DNA of 64,000 bases from Acidobacteriota bacterium (GTDB lineage: Bacteria > Acidobacteriota > CAIWXX01): assembly GCA_040755995.1 (NCBI GenBank), contig JBFMAF010000044.1, forward strand, positions 1 to 64,000, written 5' to 3'. Shown here in pieces: positions 38,878 through 47,328 of this stretch. Within the stretch, counting starts at the first letter, position 1, and the number at the start of each line of letters is the position of its first letter. The position numbers and the translations under genes were made by a program. Below the pieces are notes generated by a model. The model searched no databases and had not been told where the DNA came from. It saw only the letters and a program-made list of their open reading frames with translations.

Positions 38878-40227
38878 ATGATCGCCCAGAACAGCAGGAA
38901 ATCCCGCATGACGCAGTGCAGCAGCAGTCGCAAGGCACTTCTACTTGGCATGGCGGTGCCGCTTCTCATGGTGATCAGCCAGGTTTGCATCTGTGCTGAG
39001 CCGCTCGGCGACACGAACGACTTGACGTTCGCAGCCGATGCCGCCGCACCCAAGGTCATCTTCGTCGACATCAACTGCCCCACATGTAGCAACGGCAACC
39101 CCGGCACCGAGAGCGCGCCCCTGTGTAGCATCCAGGCGGCAGCGAACCGCGCTGCTCCGGGCACGACGATCTTCGTGAAGGAGGGCACCTACAATGAGAT
39201 GGTGACTGTGCGGAAGTCCGGCCAGCGCGGCAGGATGATCAAGTTCCTGGCATGCGACGGTGACCACGTGGTGATCGACTCACCAAGCTACGCTTGCTTC
39301 GACCTGGCCGGAGTACAGTACATCAAGATACATGGGTTCGAGCTTACGGGGGCGTACGGTGGAGCAGGAACCCCCGTGGCGCATGGCGCCGGAATCAAGG
39401 CGTTTCCGCTGACAAGGACGGGGTACGGAGCCCAGAACTGCATGTTCGCGAACAACGTGATCCACCACAACGATGCCGGGCTTCACCTCGTTGCAAGTCA
39501 CCGCAACTTCATCCAGAACAATGTCGTCTCGTACAGCGACGAGGCGCCGATACGCATCAAGCGCGGCGACATGAACCGGATCGTGAACAATCTGACGTTC
39601 AACAACGGCGTCAAAGAGGCATGGGGGATCACCTTCTATGGGGGGCTCGGCACCAAGGTCATCCACAATACGATAGTGGAGCCTGCGGGCGGAGCGGTGT
39701 ACATATACGAGGGGACGAGCAACCTGGACGGCGCGAAGCCGGGGTCCGAGGGCTTCTGCATCCCCAGCGCACACTCGCGCGTCCGTGACAACATCTGTGT
39801 GGTGGGCGGAACCGCCGACACTGACAGCGTGCCGCTCGTGATCGGTAGCAGCACCACGACCGATCGTGACCCGGTGATCGAGGAGCTCTACGGGCCGATC
39901 GACAACGAGTACCGGTACAACCTGTTCTTCAATGCCAACGAGCCGGATGCGATCGTGAGCTGGGGAGACCTGAGTGAGAAGCAGACGTTTCCGTACTACG
40001 ACCTGCTGAGCTTGAGCGAATTCCAGGCCAAGCATCCGCATTACGGCGCGAACTGTGTCGCAGCTGATCCATTGTTCACGGACGCAGCTAACGACGACTT
40101 CACGTTGAGCCCGAGCAGCCCTGCGAAGAACAGTGCATCCGATGGGAAGGACATCGGCGTGGATTTCTCCTCTTTGCCGGCCGCTGTCCAATTCACCCGC
40201 CAGACGTGGGCAGCGGTGAACCACTGA
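38878..40227 (+). CDS. Secreted right-handed beta-helix (pectin-lyase-like) protein
   Basis: GTESAPLCSIQAAA, PGTTIFVKEGTYNE, Asn-ladder repeats, DPLF...DFTL...DIG. Confidence 0.8.
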   Translation: MIAQNSRKSRMTQCSSSRKALLLGMAVPLLMVISQVCICAEPLGDTNDLTFAADAAAPKVIFVDINCPTCSNGNPGTESAPLCSIQAAANRAAPGTTIFVKEGTYNEMVTVRKSGQRGRMIKFLACDGDHVVIDSPSYACFDLAGVQYIKIHGFELTGAYGGAGTPVAHGAGIKAFPLTRTGYGAQNCMFANNVIHHNDAGLHLVASHRNFIQNNVVSYSDEAPIRIKRGDMNRIVNNLTFNNGVKEAWGITFYGGLGTKVIHNTIVEPAGGAVYIYEGTSNLDGAKPGSEGFCIPSAHSRVRDNICVVGGTADTDSVPLVIGSSTTTDRDPVIEELYGPIDNEYRYNLFFNANEPDAIVSWGDLSEKQTFPYYDLLSLSEFQAKHPHYGANCVAADPLFTDAANDDFTLSPSSPAKNSASDGKDIGVDFSSLPAAVQFTRQTWAAVNH

Positions 40228-40319
40228 GCCTCTTGATTGCGGCCCGTCTGCATTAGGGAAACGCAACTCACTCGTCGCGAGGGGTCGCGTCGCGTTCACC
40301 CGCCACCGACCAATCGCCC

Positions 40320-41039
40320 CTATCGGATCTGCCGGACGATTCTCATCGCCGATTCGTCCAGCCCCTTGCTCAACTCGCCCGTCATCTGCACCATCCGGCT
40401 GACCTTGAACAGGTTCTGCTGGATCTGTCTCAACTGACGCATGCCATCCGGATTGCCCGCGTCCACGTTCACCATGTTCTTCTCGAGTCGGGCCGTGTGG
40501 TCCAGAGCCTTGCGGCCCTGGCCCCTGCCGTGGGGCATGGCGGCAGAGACCTCGCCGGCCGTCTCACCGAGTGGTGGAGCACTTACTCCGATCCTGTCGA
40601 GCTGGCCCAACGTTCGTTGGATCGAGCCCAAGGAGTCGCCGAGTTTCTGCAGAGCCTCGCTGCCGGGCCGCAGCAGGTTCGCCACGTTGTTCATGACGTT
40701 GGCGCCGAGACCGGCGAGGCTGATATTCCTGTGGCCGGGACCGAACGACCTCGTGGTCAACGCGGTCCTGCCGGTTCGGGGAATCGTCGGAAACTGGCCA
40801 CGAGGCGCCACGATCTTTCCTGCGCCGCCTCCGAGCGCTCCCGCCTCGCCCAACTTCCTCCCGATGCCTGCGGCGATCTTCGAGAAGGTGTCGCCCACTC
40901 GCTTCATCTTGCCGAGCTCGCGGCTCGACACGCCCTTCGCGAGGCCACCGGCGATATTCCGCGCCATAGGTGCTATGTGCCCGGCCGCGCCGGCTCCAAG
41001 CGCGATCTTCATGCCCGCCCTCCTCGCGTGCCGTGACAC
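40320..41039 (-). CDS. Gly/Ala-rich hypothetical protein with amphipathic C-terminal helix
   Basis: Long ORF divergent from the FHA-bEBP; ends QMTGELSKGLDESAMRIVRQIR. Confidence 0.5.
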   Translation of the reverse strand: MSRHARRAGMKIALGAGAAGHIAPMARNIAGGLAKGVSSRELGKMKRVGDTFSKIAAGIGRKLGEAGALGGGAGKIVAPRGQFPTIPRTGRTALTTRSFGPGHRNISLAGLGANVMNNVANLLRPGSEALQKLGDSLGSIQRTLGQLDRIGVSAPPLGETAGEVSAAMPHGRGQGRKALDHTARLEKNMVNVDAGNPDGMRQLRQIQQNLFKVSRMVQMTGELSKGLDESAMRIVRQIR

Positions 41040-41288
41040 CCAACGGCCGGAATAGCAGACACCACGCCTGCCTTCCTGTCAGTGATTATCGCACGAACGG
41101 GTGGCGTGTTACGAGTGTGCGTGGCCGACACGGCCTGTGCGGTAGCTCGTGCAAACAGACCTCAATGGCCGAGGATGGATCGGACTGGTCGTCTGCGCGA
41201 TGGCGCCTTCGCGCCTCGTTGCTCGCAATGGGAACGATAGGTTAAAATACGCGCGTATCATCGTCCACGGTTAGCCGGGAGGTTCGCA

Positions 41289-43043
41289 GTGGAGGCCACA
41301 GGTCGAGGCAGTCTCTCTCTGACGCGCGACGGCATCATTGGGAGAGACGATGACGTGGAGTACTCGCTGGAACACGTGTCGATATCCAGGCGTCATTGCG
41401 AGGTGAAGATCGAGAAGAACCGTGTCGAAGTGCGTGATCTGGGGAGCCGTAATGGGACCTGGCTGAATGGACGGCGGATCGAGCAGGCCGTTCTGGCCCC
41501 CGGCGACACCGTTCAGCTCGGGACTCTCAAGTTCACCGTCACCCAGTGCCAGAACGGAGTCCTGTTGCAGCCGTCTGCGGAACAAAGCGGTGCCCCGGCG
41601 CCGCCTGTCCCGGCTGGCGATCGGCAAGTGAAGGATTCCGCCACCTTGGTCGCCACGCAGGGACTCTTCAATCAAGCGTTGGATTCGTGGCGCGTGCGCA
41701 TAGGATGCCAGGCGCTTCTGTTGTTCGAGTTCGGCAGGGGAGGCTCCGTGCTGATCGCAGAGAGTGCCGGCGGCGAGTACGTGGTGAGCGCGACGGTCCT
41801 CGCCGTGGTCTCTCGCAAGGCCGGCCCCGTGTGGGCGCCCCGGGACGTTCCCGCGAAGGCGGCCAGCCTTCAGGGATGCATGGCCACCTCCATCTACTGC
41901 CGTCCGATTTACCAGCGCGAGGACGGCGTCATTGCGGCCTACGCATACTGGCCATTCGGCTGCCCGCAGATCGAGACGGCCGAGCAGCAGGTAGTGCAGA
42001 CGGGTGAGGTGATCGGGACGTGGGCCTGGGAACGATCTCACCCTCCGGCCCCACAGGAGGGCTTGGCTGAGCCGGCGCTTCGAACGGCGCCGTCCATGAT
42101 CGGCAAGTCACCGGCATTCGTGCAGATGATGGAACACATCCAGAAAGTCGCGCGCACAGACCACCCTGTCATTCTCATCGGTCCGCCGGGAAGCGGAAAG
42201 ACCACCGTCGCGCATCTGATACACGAAGGGAGCCGGCGCAGCGTCAAAGCTTTCAGGCGGCTGCATTGCGCGAAAATCCCCGCGACGCTGGCCGAGTCGG
42301 AGCTGCTTGGGACCAGGCGCGGAGCCTTCAGCGGCGCGCAGGATCGTGAAGGACTGCTGCTCGCCACCGACGGCGGCACTCTGTTTCTGGACTCGGTCGA
42401 GTCCTGCCCGATCGAGGTGCAGGCGAAGCTGCTGGACGTGCTCGAGGGACGCTCGTTTCGCGCGCTCGGGAGCACGCGCGAACGAAGCGTCGATCTGCGA
42501 TGGATCGCTGCGACCAACGAAGACCCGCAGACCCTGATGAAAGAGGGGAAGCTGAGGCGCGATCTGTGGGATCGCCTTGCCACGCAGGTGATTCTGATAC
42601 CTCCGCTCTCCGACCGCGTGCCCGACATTCCGTCGCTCGCCATGCACTTCCTCGAACAGGAGCTGGCCGAAGCATCCGCCTTCCCCGGCATTCGCGGCTT
42701 CTCGCCCGAAGCTATCCGCGCCTTGCAGTCGTATGCCTGGCCGGGCAACGTTCGCGAGCTTGCCAACGTCGTCAAACGTCTCGTGACACTCGCCACCGAT
42801 GAGATAGTCTCCGAAGCCGATGTGCGGCGCGCGCTGCAGAGCGCGCAGTCCGGAGAGCCGGGCGCCGCAGGATACCAGGACCTCTTTGACTTGCCCTACC
42901 AGGAAGCCTGCAAGGCTTTTCAAAAGATCTACGTGGAACGGAAGCTAGAGGAGTCAGGACAGAACAGGAGCGAGGTCGCCAGCAAGATCAAGATCTCGCG
43001 CAAGGGGCTCTACAAGATCTTGAAGCGCGTCGGCGCAGAGTGA
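41289..43043 (+). CDS. FHA-domain sigma54 enhancer-binding-like AAA+ regulator with Fis-type HTH
   Basis: GR...SRRH...DLGSRNGT (FHA); GAFSGA, IAATN, WPGNVREL; C-terminal HTH. Confidence 0.88.
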   Translation: MEATGRGSLSLTRDGIIGRDDDVEYSLEHVSISRRHCEVKIEKNRVEVRDLGSRNGTWLNGRRIEQAVLAPGDTVQLGTLKFTVTQCQNGVLLQPSAEQSGAPAPPVPAGDRQVKDSATLVATQGLFNQALDSWRVRIGCQALLLFEFGRGGSVLIAESAGGEYVVSATVLAVVSRKAGPVWAPRDVPAKAASLQGCMATSIYCRPIYQREDGVIAAYAYWPFGCPQIETAEQQVVQTGEVIGTWAWERSHPPAPQEGLAEPALRTAPSMIGKSPAFVQMMEHIQKVARTDHPVILIGPPGSGKTTVAHLIHEGSRRSVKAFRRLHCAKIPATLAESELLGTRRGAFSGAQDREGLLLATDGGTLFLDSVESCPIEVQAKLLDVLEGRSFRALGSTRERSVDLRWIAATNEDPQTLMKEGKLRRDLWDRLATQVILIPPLSDRVPDIPSLAMHFLEQELAEASAFPGIRGFSPEAIRALQSYAWPGNVRELANVVKRLVTLATDEIVSEADVRRALQSAQSGEPGAAGYQDLFDLPYQEACKAFQKIYVERKLEESGQNRSEVASKIKISRKGLYKILKRVGAE

Positions 43044-43095
43044 AGCGATTTCAGGTTTCGCGTCTCAGGGGGGTCCGGCAGCGGAGCAACAGCAG

Positions 43096-43878
43096 GTGAG
43101 CATTCTTGTCCAAATCTACGAGATACAGGATCCGGTCGAGGCAGAAACCGTCGTCCGCCTCGGCGTCAATCGCGTGGGCAGCGTCTTGTTCTCGGCGGCT
43201 GAATGGAAGCAGCCCGCGCTCAGGGACGTCAACCGGGTGGCGAGGTCCCTTGGTGCGACACACAGCATCATCCCGTTGTTCAACGAGTCGGATCTCTTGT
43301 GCCGGGCAGTAGACTACTACGAGCCCCATCTGCTCCACTTCTGTGAAGATCTGGCCGGCGCCACAGCGCTCGAACTGGACCAACTCGTTGCGGTCCAGCT
43401 AGCGCTCAAAGCTCGATACCCGGCACTGAAGATCATGCGCACAATCCCCGTAGGCAGGCCGGGAGCAGGCCGTTCCATACCGACAGCAGATCTCGCTGCC
43501 CACGCAGCGCCCGGCACCGACGTCTACCTGCTCGACACGCGGATAGATGCGCAGCCGGTCGGCGGCTATGTAGGAATCACGGGACAGACATGCGACTGGG
43601 ATGTGGCGCGTGAGCTTGCGCGCGACTGCGCCGCACCGGTGATACTGGCCGGAGGCCTGGGACCGGAGAACGTCTGCGATGCCATCCTGAAGGTCATCCC
43701 GACCGGCGTCGACAGTTGCTCCAGGACCAACGTCGCCGACGCCGCGGGGAATCCCCTCCGTCTAAGGAAGGACTTCGAGAAGGTCAGGAAATTCGTCGAA
43801 GAGGTCCGGAGGGCCGAATCGATCCCGAGAAGGCCGTCTTCTCCACCGGTCTCCGATTCGAGCCACCGGAACGGATAG
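43096..43878 (+). CDS. Phosphoribosylanthranilate isomerase-like TIM barrel
   Basis: YLLDT, GITGQTCDW, ILAGGLGPENV, GVDSCS. Confidence 0.7.
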   Translation: MSILVQIYEIQDPVEAETVVRLGVNRVGSVLFSAAEWKQPALRDVNRVARSLGATHSIIPLFNESDLLCRAVDYYEPHLLHFCEDLAGATALELDQLVAVQLALKARYPALKIMRTIPVGRPGAGRSIPTADLAAHAAPGTDVYLLDTRIDAQPVGGYVGITGQTCDWDVARELARDCAAPVILAGGLGPENVCDAILKVIPTGVDSCSRTNVADAAGNPLRLRKDFEKVRKFVEEVRRAESIPRRPSSPPVSDSSHRNG

Positions 43879-43885
43879 AAGTTAC

Positions 43886-44275
43886 ATGCCCGACTCCGTG
43901 AGGCTCGACATCTGGCTCGATGTCGCCTGCCTCGCCAAGACGCGCTCGCAGGCCAAGCTGCTGTGCGAGGGAGGGAAGGTGGACGTCGACGGCGACCGAG
44001 CCAAACCCCACAGGGCGTTGAAAGCCGGTGATCGCATTCGGATCACGCTCGGTCCGGGCCATCGCCGAGAGGTCGTAGTTCGGGAGCTCGCGGAGACGCA
44101 CGTGCCCAAAGCCAAGGCACGCGAGCTCTACGAAGATGTCACACCGCCGCCGACGGCGGAGGAGCTGGAGATGCGGCGGCTCCTGAGCCGCGCGCCGCAG
44201 GCTCGACGGCCGAGGGGCACCGGCAGGCCGGAGAAGCGCCAGAGGCGCGAGATCGAACGGCTGCGAGGCAGGTAG
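43886..44275 (+). CDS. S4-domain RNA-binding protein (Hsp15/HslR-like)
   Basis: RLDIWL...KTRSQAKLLCEGGKV; GRPEKRQRR tail. Confidence 0.85.
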   Translation: MPDSVRLDIWLDVACLAKTRSQAKLLCEGGKVDVDGDRAKPHRALKAGDRIRITLGPGHRREVVVRELAETHVPKAKARELYEDVTPPPTAEELEMRRLLSRAPQARRPRGTGRPEKRQRREIERLRGR

Positions 44276-44414
44276 CCCGGCCTGATGCTCCCCGCATCAG
44301 GCTCTCGGCGTTGCCCGAGCGAATTCGGGAGGGCTCAGGCGGTGCACCCTTACCAATCAAAATCAAAGAGACCCTCGATTGAACAAATGCCCATGATGTG
44401 ATATTTTTGTCAAT

Positions 44415-44648
44415 ATGAAAACCATTGCAGTGTCTATTGACGAGGCATCGCTTGAGCGTCTGGACCATCTCGCGGCAGCCGGCCGGCGCCGACGGCGCTC
44501 AGCACTCGTCCGGATCGCCGTTCGCGAATACCTGGATCGAGCGATGAAGCAGGATGCCGAATCGCGTGAGAGCGAGATACTCCACAGGCACCGCCACCGG
44601 CTCGCCCGCCAGGCGGCGGCTTTGATCAAGCAACAGGCGGGCCGATGA
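44415..44648 (+). CDS. Ribbon-helix-helix antitoxin
   Basis: MKTIAVSID...RSALVRIAVREYL; ATGA coupling. Confidence 0.8.
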   Translation: MKTIAVSIDEASLERLDHLAAAGRRRRRSALVRIAVREYLDRAMKQDAESRESEILHRHRHRLARQAAALIKQQAGR

Positions 44649-45019
44649 ACCGCGGTGAGATCTACCGCACGCACGTGCGCGTTCCAGAACGGGGAGACAA
44701 GCCCGGGTTCTATGTAATCGTCTCCCGTACCTTCATCGCCCGCCATCCCGATGTGTCGACTGTCGTTTGTGCGCCGGTGTACAGCGAAGTCCTGGGGCTG
44801 GCCACGGAGGTTGTCATAGGGCCCGACGAAGGCGTGCCGCGTACTTCAGCGATCCGTTGCGATTTCCTGACGCTCATGTTCAAGAACGAGCTCACGCGGT
44901 TCGTGGCGACCCTCTCCATCCGTAGGATCGACGAACTGAATCGGGCCCTCGCTCACGCGCTCGATCTCCCGCGTGGCGTCACCGGGCCGTCCGGTGCTAC
45001 CGGAGGTCACGATCTGTAG
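44645..45019 (+). CDS. PemK/MazF-family toxin
   Basis: MNRGEIY, VVCAPV, SAIRCD, ELNRAL. Confidence 0.8.
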   Translation: MNRGEIYRTHVRVPERGDKPGFYVIVSRTFIARHPDVSTVVCAPVYSEVLGLATEVVIGPDEGVPRTSAIRCDFLTLMFKNELTRFVATLSIRRIDELNRALAHALDLPRGVTGPSGATGGHDL

Positions 45020-45028
45020 CGCCCACGA

Positions 45029-45898
45029 TCAGCGCAGAAGCATGCCTTCCACCGCCCTGACGGAGGTGGCGTCCGGGCGGAAGTAGAGCGTGCCGCACGG
45101 AATCTCGCGCGCAGCGCGCGAGCAGGTCGCGAGCACTGTGTCGACCACCGCGGGCTCCCACATAGGCGGGAACGCGCGAGTGAACAGCTGCGCTGCGGCA
45201 GCCGCCTCCGGCATGGGTTCGACTCGGCTGAAATCGCCCCGAGCGAGGAAGAGGATCGCGGCCAATCGGCCGCCAAGCGGAGATGCGAACTTGCCTGCGC
45301 CGTGCCATGGCGTCCCGAAGGCCCACAGGCGGCCGCGGTATGGGCGCACCAGCATCCGGTCATCGCTCAGGACAGTTGCGGCGCGATGATATCTCCTCCA
45401 TAGCCGTGCGGTGGTCGTCTTCCCGGCCCCGGACTCTCCGCAGAACAGAAACACCTTGCTCTCGACTGCAACTCCACACGCGTGCACGACCATGAACCCG
45501 CGGGCTGCCGCCGCGTGCTGGAAGAGCACCTCGTCGAGCGGGTAGGACATGGCGAAGCCCCGCAGGCGGCTGTACCGCGACGGCGCGACATGGAGCGTCC
45601 CACGCGTCCGTGCGCGGTCGATCACGAGCACCCGGGCGCGCTGATCGCCGGCGTCGGGTGAGCGAAAGGCGTAGACGAGATCCTCCCCATGCTGGTAGAC
45701 CCGCCACAGGCTTCCGGAGTCGAATACAAGTGCAGCAGGGGAGACTGCGGGAGCAGCCGCTTCAACCAGCTCTAGCCGGATGTCAGCCCCGTGCCCCGGC
45801 ATGAACGGGAGGAGCCGATCTGCGAGCTCGATGGCGCGCGACTCGCGGCGATAGCGAATCGCGAGTGTGATGCCCCCGACGCGGATGCGCTCGATCAT
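45029..45898 (-). CDS. HPr-kinase/PEPCK-like P-loop ATPase
   Basis: VHACGV, GESGAGKTT, LSDD, GTPWHG. Confidence 0.8.
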   Translation of the reverse strand: MIERIRVGGITLAIRYRRESRAIELADRLLPFMPGHGADIRLELVEAAAPAVSPAALVFDSGSLWRVYQHGEDLVYAFRSPDAGDQRARVLVIDRARTRGTLHVAPSRYSRLRGFAMSYPLDEVLFQHAAAARGFMVVHACGVAVESKVFLFCGESGAGKTTTARLWRRYHRAATVLSDDRMLVRPYRGRLWAFGTPWHGAGKFASPLGGRLAAILFLARGDFSRVEPMPEAAAAAQLFTRAFPPMWEPAVVDTVLATCSRAAREIPCGTLYFRPDATSVRAVEGMLLR

Positions 45899-45947
45899 CG
45901 CGCACCGTCAGCAGTGCGTGACACGGCGGCGTGGCATGCACCGCCCC

Positions 45948-47096
45948 TCAGCCTGCCGGCGGACCCGCAGACTTCAGACAGCAGCTCGCATCCGGCGCAT
46001 GCCCGCATGCGTCTCCGAGAATCCCAAAGGTCCGGCGATGAGTCACCTCACAGCACAAGGCCACCTGAGATTCGGGGTCTCCGTGCTCCATCTCCGCAAC
46101 ACCCGGGCAGCTGCCGCAGAGCGGGAGCAACGAGCAGTTCTCACAGATGGATCCGGATTGCCACTTGCGACTCCTGACTCTCGGCAGTAGTTCTTCCCAG
46201 CCGCGCATGAACGTGTCGTCGCGAAGGTCGAATCGGGAGCGCCTGGAGAGGAGGCAGAGCAGGAGATTCCCGTAAGGGTCGACCGTGAACGACGAGTGCC
46301 CCCCGCCGCATGAGTACACGAACTGGCTCCTCTGTCGATCAGACCCGGAACACAAGACGGTCTCGGCTGACCTGCGGAATCGCTTCTCAGTCGCGGGGTC
46401 GGAAAGGTCGACGGCCGCGAGCCGGTCGGCCGGGAGTTGAAGCTCGGGATTGCGGTTCGCTCCGCAGTCCACGCGCGGGTTGAGCAGCCCGTCGTGGCGG
46501 AACGCGACGCCCAGCCGATGTGCGAACGATCGCATCGCCTCGATTTCGCGCTCGTTCCAGGTCATCACCATCGTCTTGAGCTTGACGTTGATGCCTCGCG
46601 CGAGCATCCCCTCGATGCCGGCGATGCAGCGATCGAACGAGCCGGCGACGCGCGTGATTCGCTCGTAAGTCTCGCGCGTCGCGCCGTACAGGGTCACCTC
46701 GACGCCGATCGGCGGAAGCCTCTGGAACAGGTCCAGCACGCGGTCGGAGACCAGCGTCGCGTTGGTGAAGACGGACAAGCGCAGCCCCCGCCTGACGGCA
46801 TACTCGTAGAGCTCCGCGAAGTCCGGGCGGACGAGAACCTCTCCACCCGTGAGCAACAGACTCACGCATCCGGCGTTTGTGATCTCGTCGATGAGCCTCA
46901 GATGTCGATCGAGCGGGAGCTCGCGATCCCGTTCCACGCCCGCATCCGCCGGCTGATTCACGTAGCAGTGGACGCACCGCAGATTGCACCGGAACGTCGT
47001 CTCGATCGTTCCGCCGAAGGGGATGCGTCGAGTCCGGATTCCGAGCTCGTCGAGGAAGTCGGAGACGTGCACTTCGCGAACGGGCATCGCGAACAT
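45948..47096 (-). CDS. Radical SAM/SPASM peptide maturase
   Basis: CNLRCVHC, TGGE; SPASM CGGG...VDPYGNLLLC and CENC..LCGSCP. Confidence 0.9.
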   Translation of the reverse strand: MFAMPVREVHVSDFLDELGIRTRRIPFGGTIETTFRCNLRCVHCYVNQPADAGVERDRELPLDRHLRLIDEITNAGCVSLLLTGGEVLVRPDFAELYEYAVRRGLRLSVFTNATLVSDRVLDLFQRLPPIGVEVTLYGATRETYERITRVAGSFDRCIAGIEGMLARGINVKLKTMVMTWNEREIEAMRSFAHRLGVAFRHDGLLNPRVDCGANRNPELQLPADRLAAVDLSDPATEKRFRRSAETVLCSGSDRQRSQFVYSCGGGHSSFTVDPYGNLLLCLLSRRSRFDLRDDTFMRGWEELLPRVRSRKWQSGSICENCSLLPLCGSCPGVAEMEHGDPESQVALCCEVTHRRTFGILGDACGHAPDASCCLKSAGPPAG

Positions 47097-47098
47097 GG

Positions 47099-47284
47099 TC
47101 AACTGCCCAACGCTATGTTGATGAGCAAGCCGTCGCGCCGGCAGACGCCGGGCGCTACGAGCACGGCCTTGCAGCCGGCTGAAGCCATCTCGTCGGCAGC
47201 GAGTCTGATTCGGCGGATCTCCGGCGGCTCGTACGCTTCCTTCGTCGTCCCTGTCGCGTCCTTGTTCTCTATTTCCTCAGGCAT
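47099..47284 (-). CDS. Putative RiPP precursor peptide
   Basis: 61 aa; YEPPEI RRE-type leader motif; core AGCK...VC...GS; AAGGAG RBS; abuts the rSAM gene. Confidence 0.75.
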   Translation of the reverse strand: MPEEIENKDATGTTKEAYEPPEIRRIRLAADEMASAGCKAVLVAPGVCRRDGLLINIALGS

Positions 47285-47328
47285 GCGTGCTCCTTGCGTC
47301 GGAGCCCTCCTATTTCACCCCACTGCCT

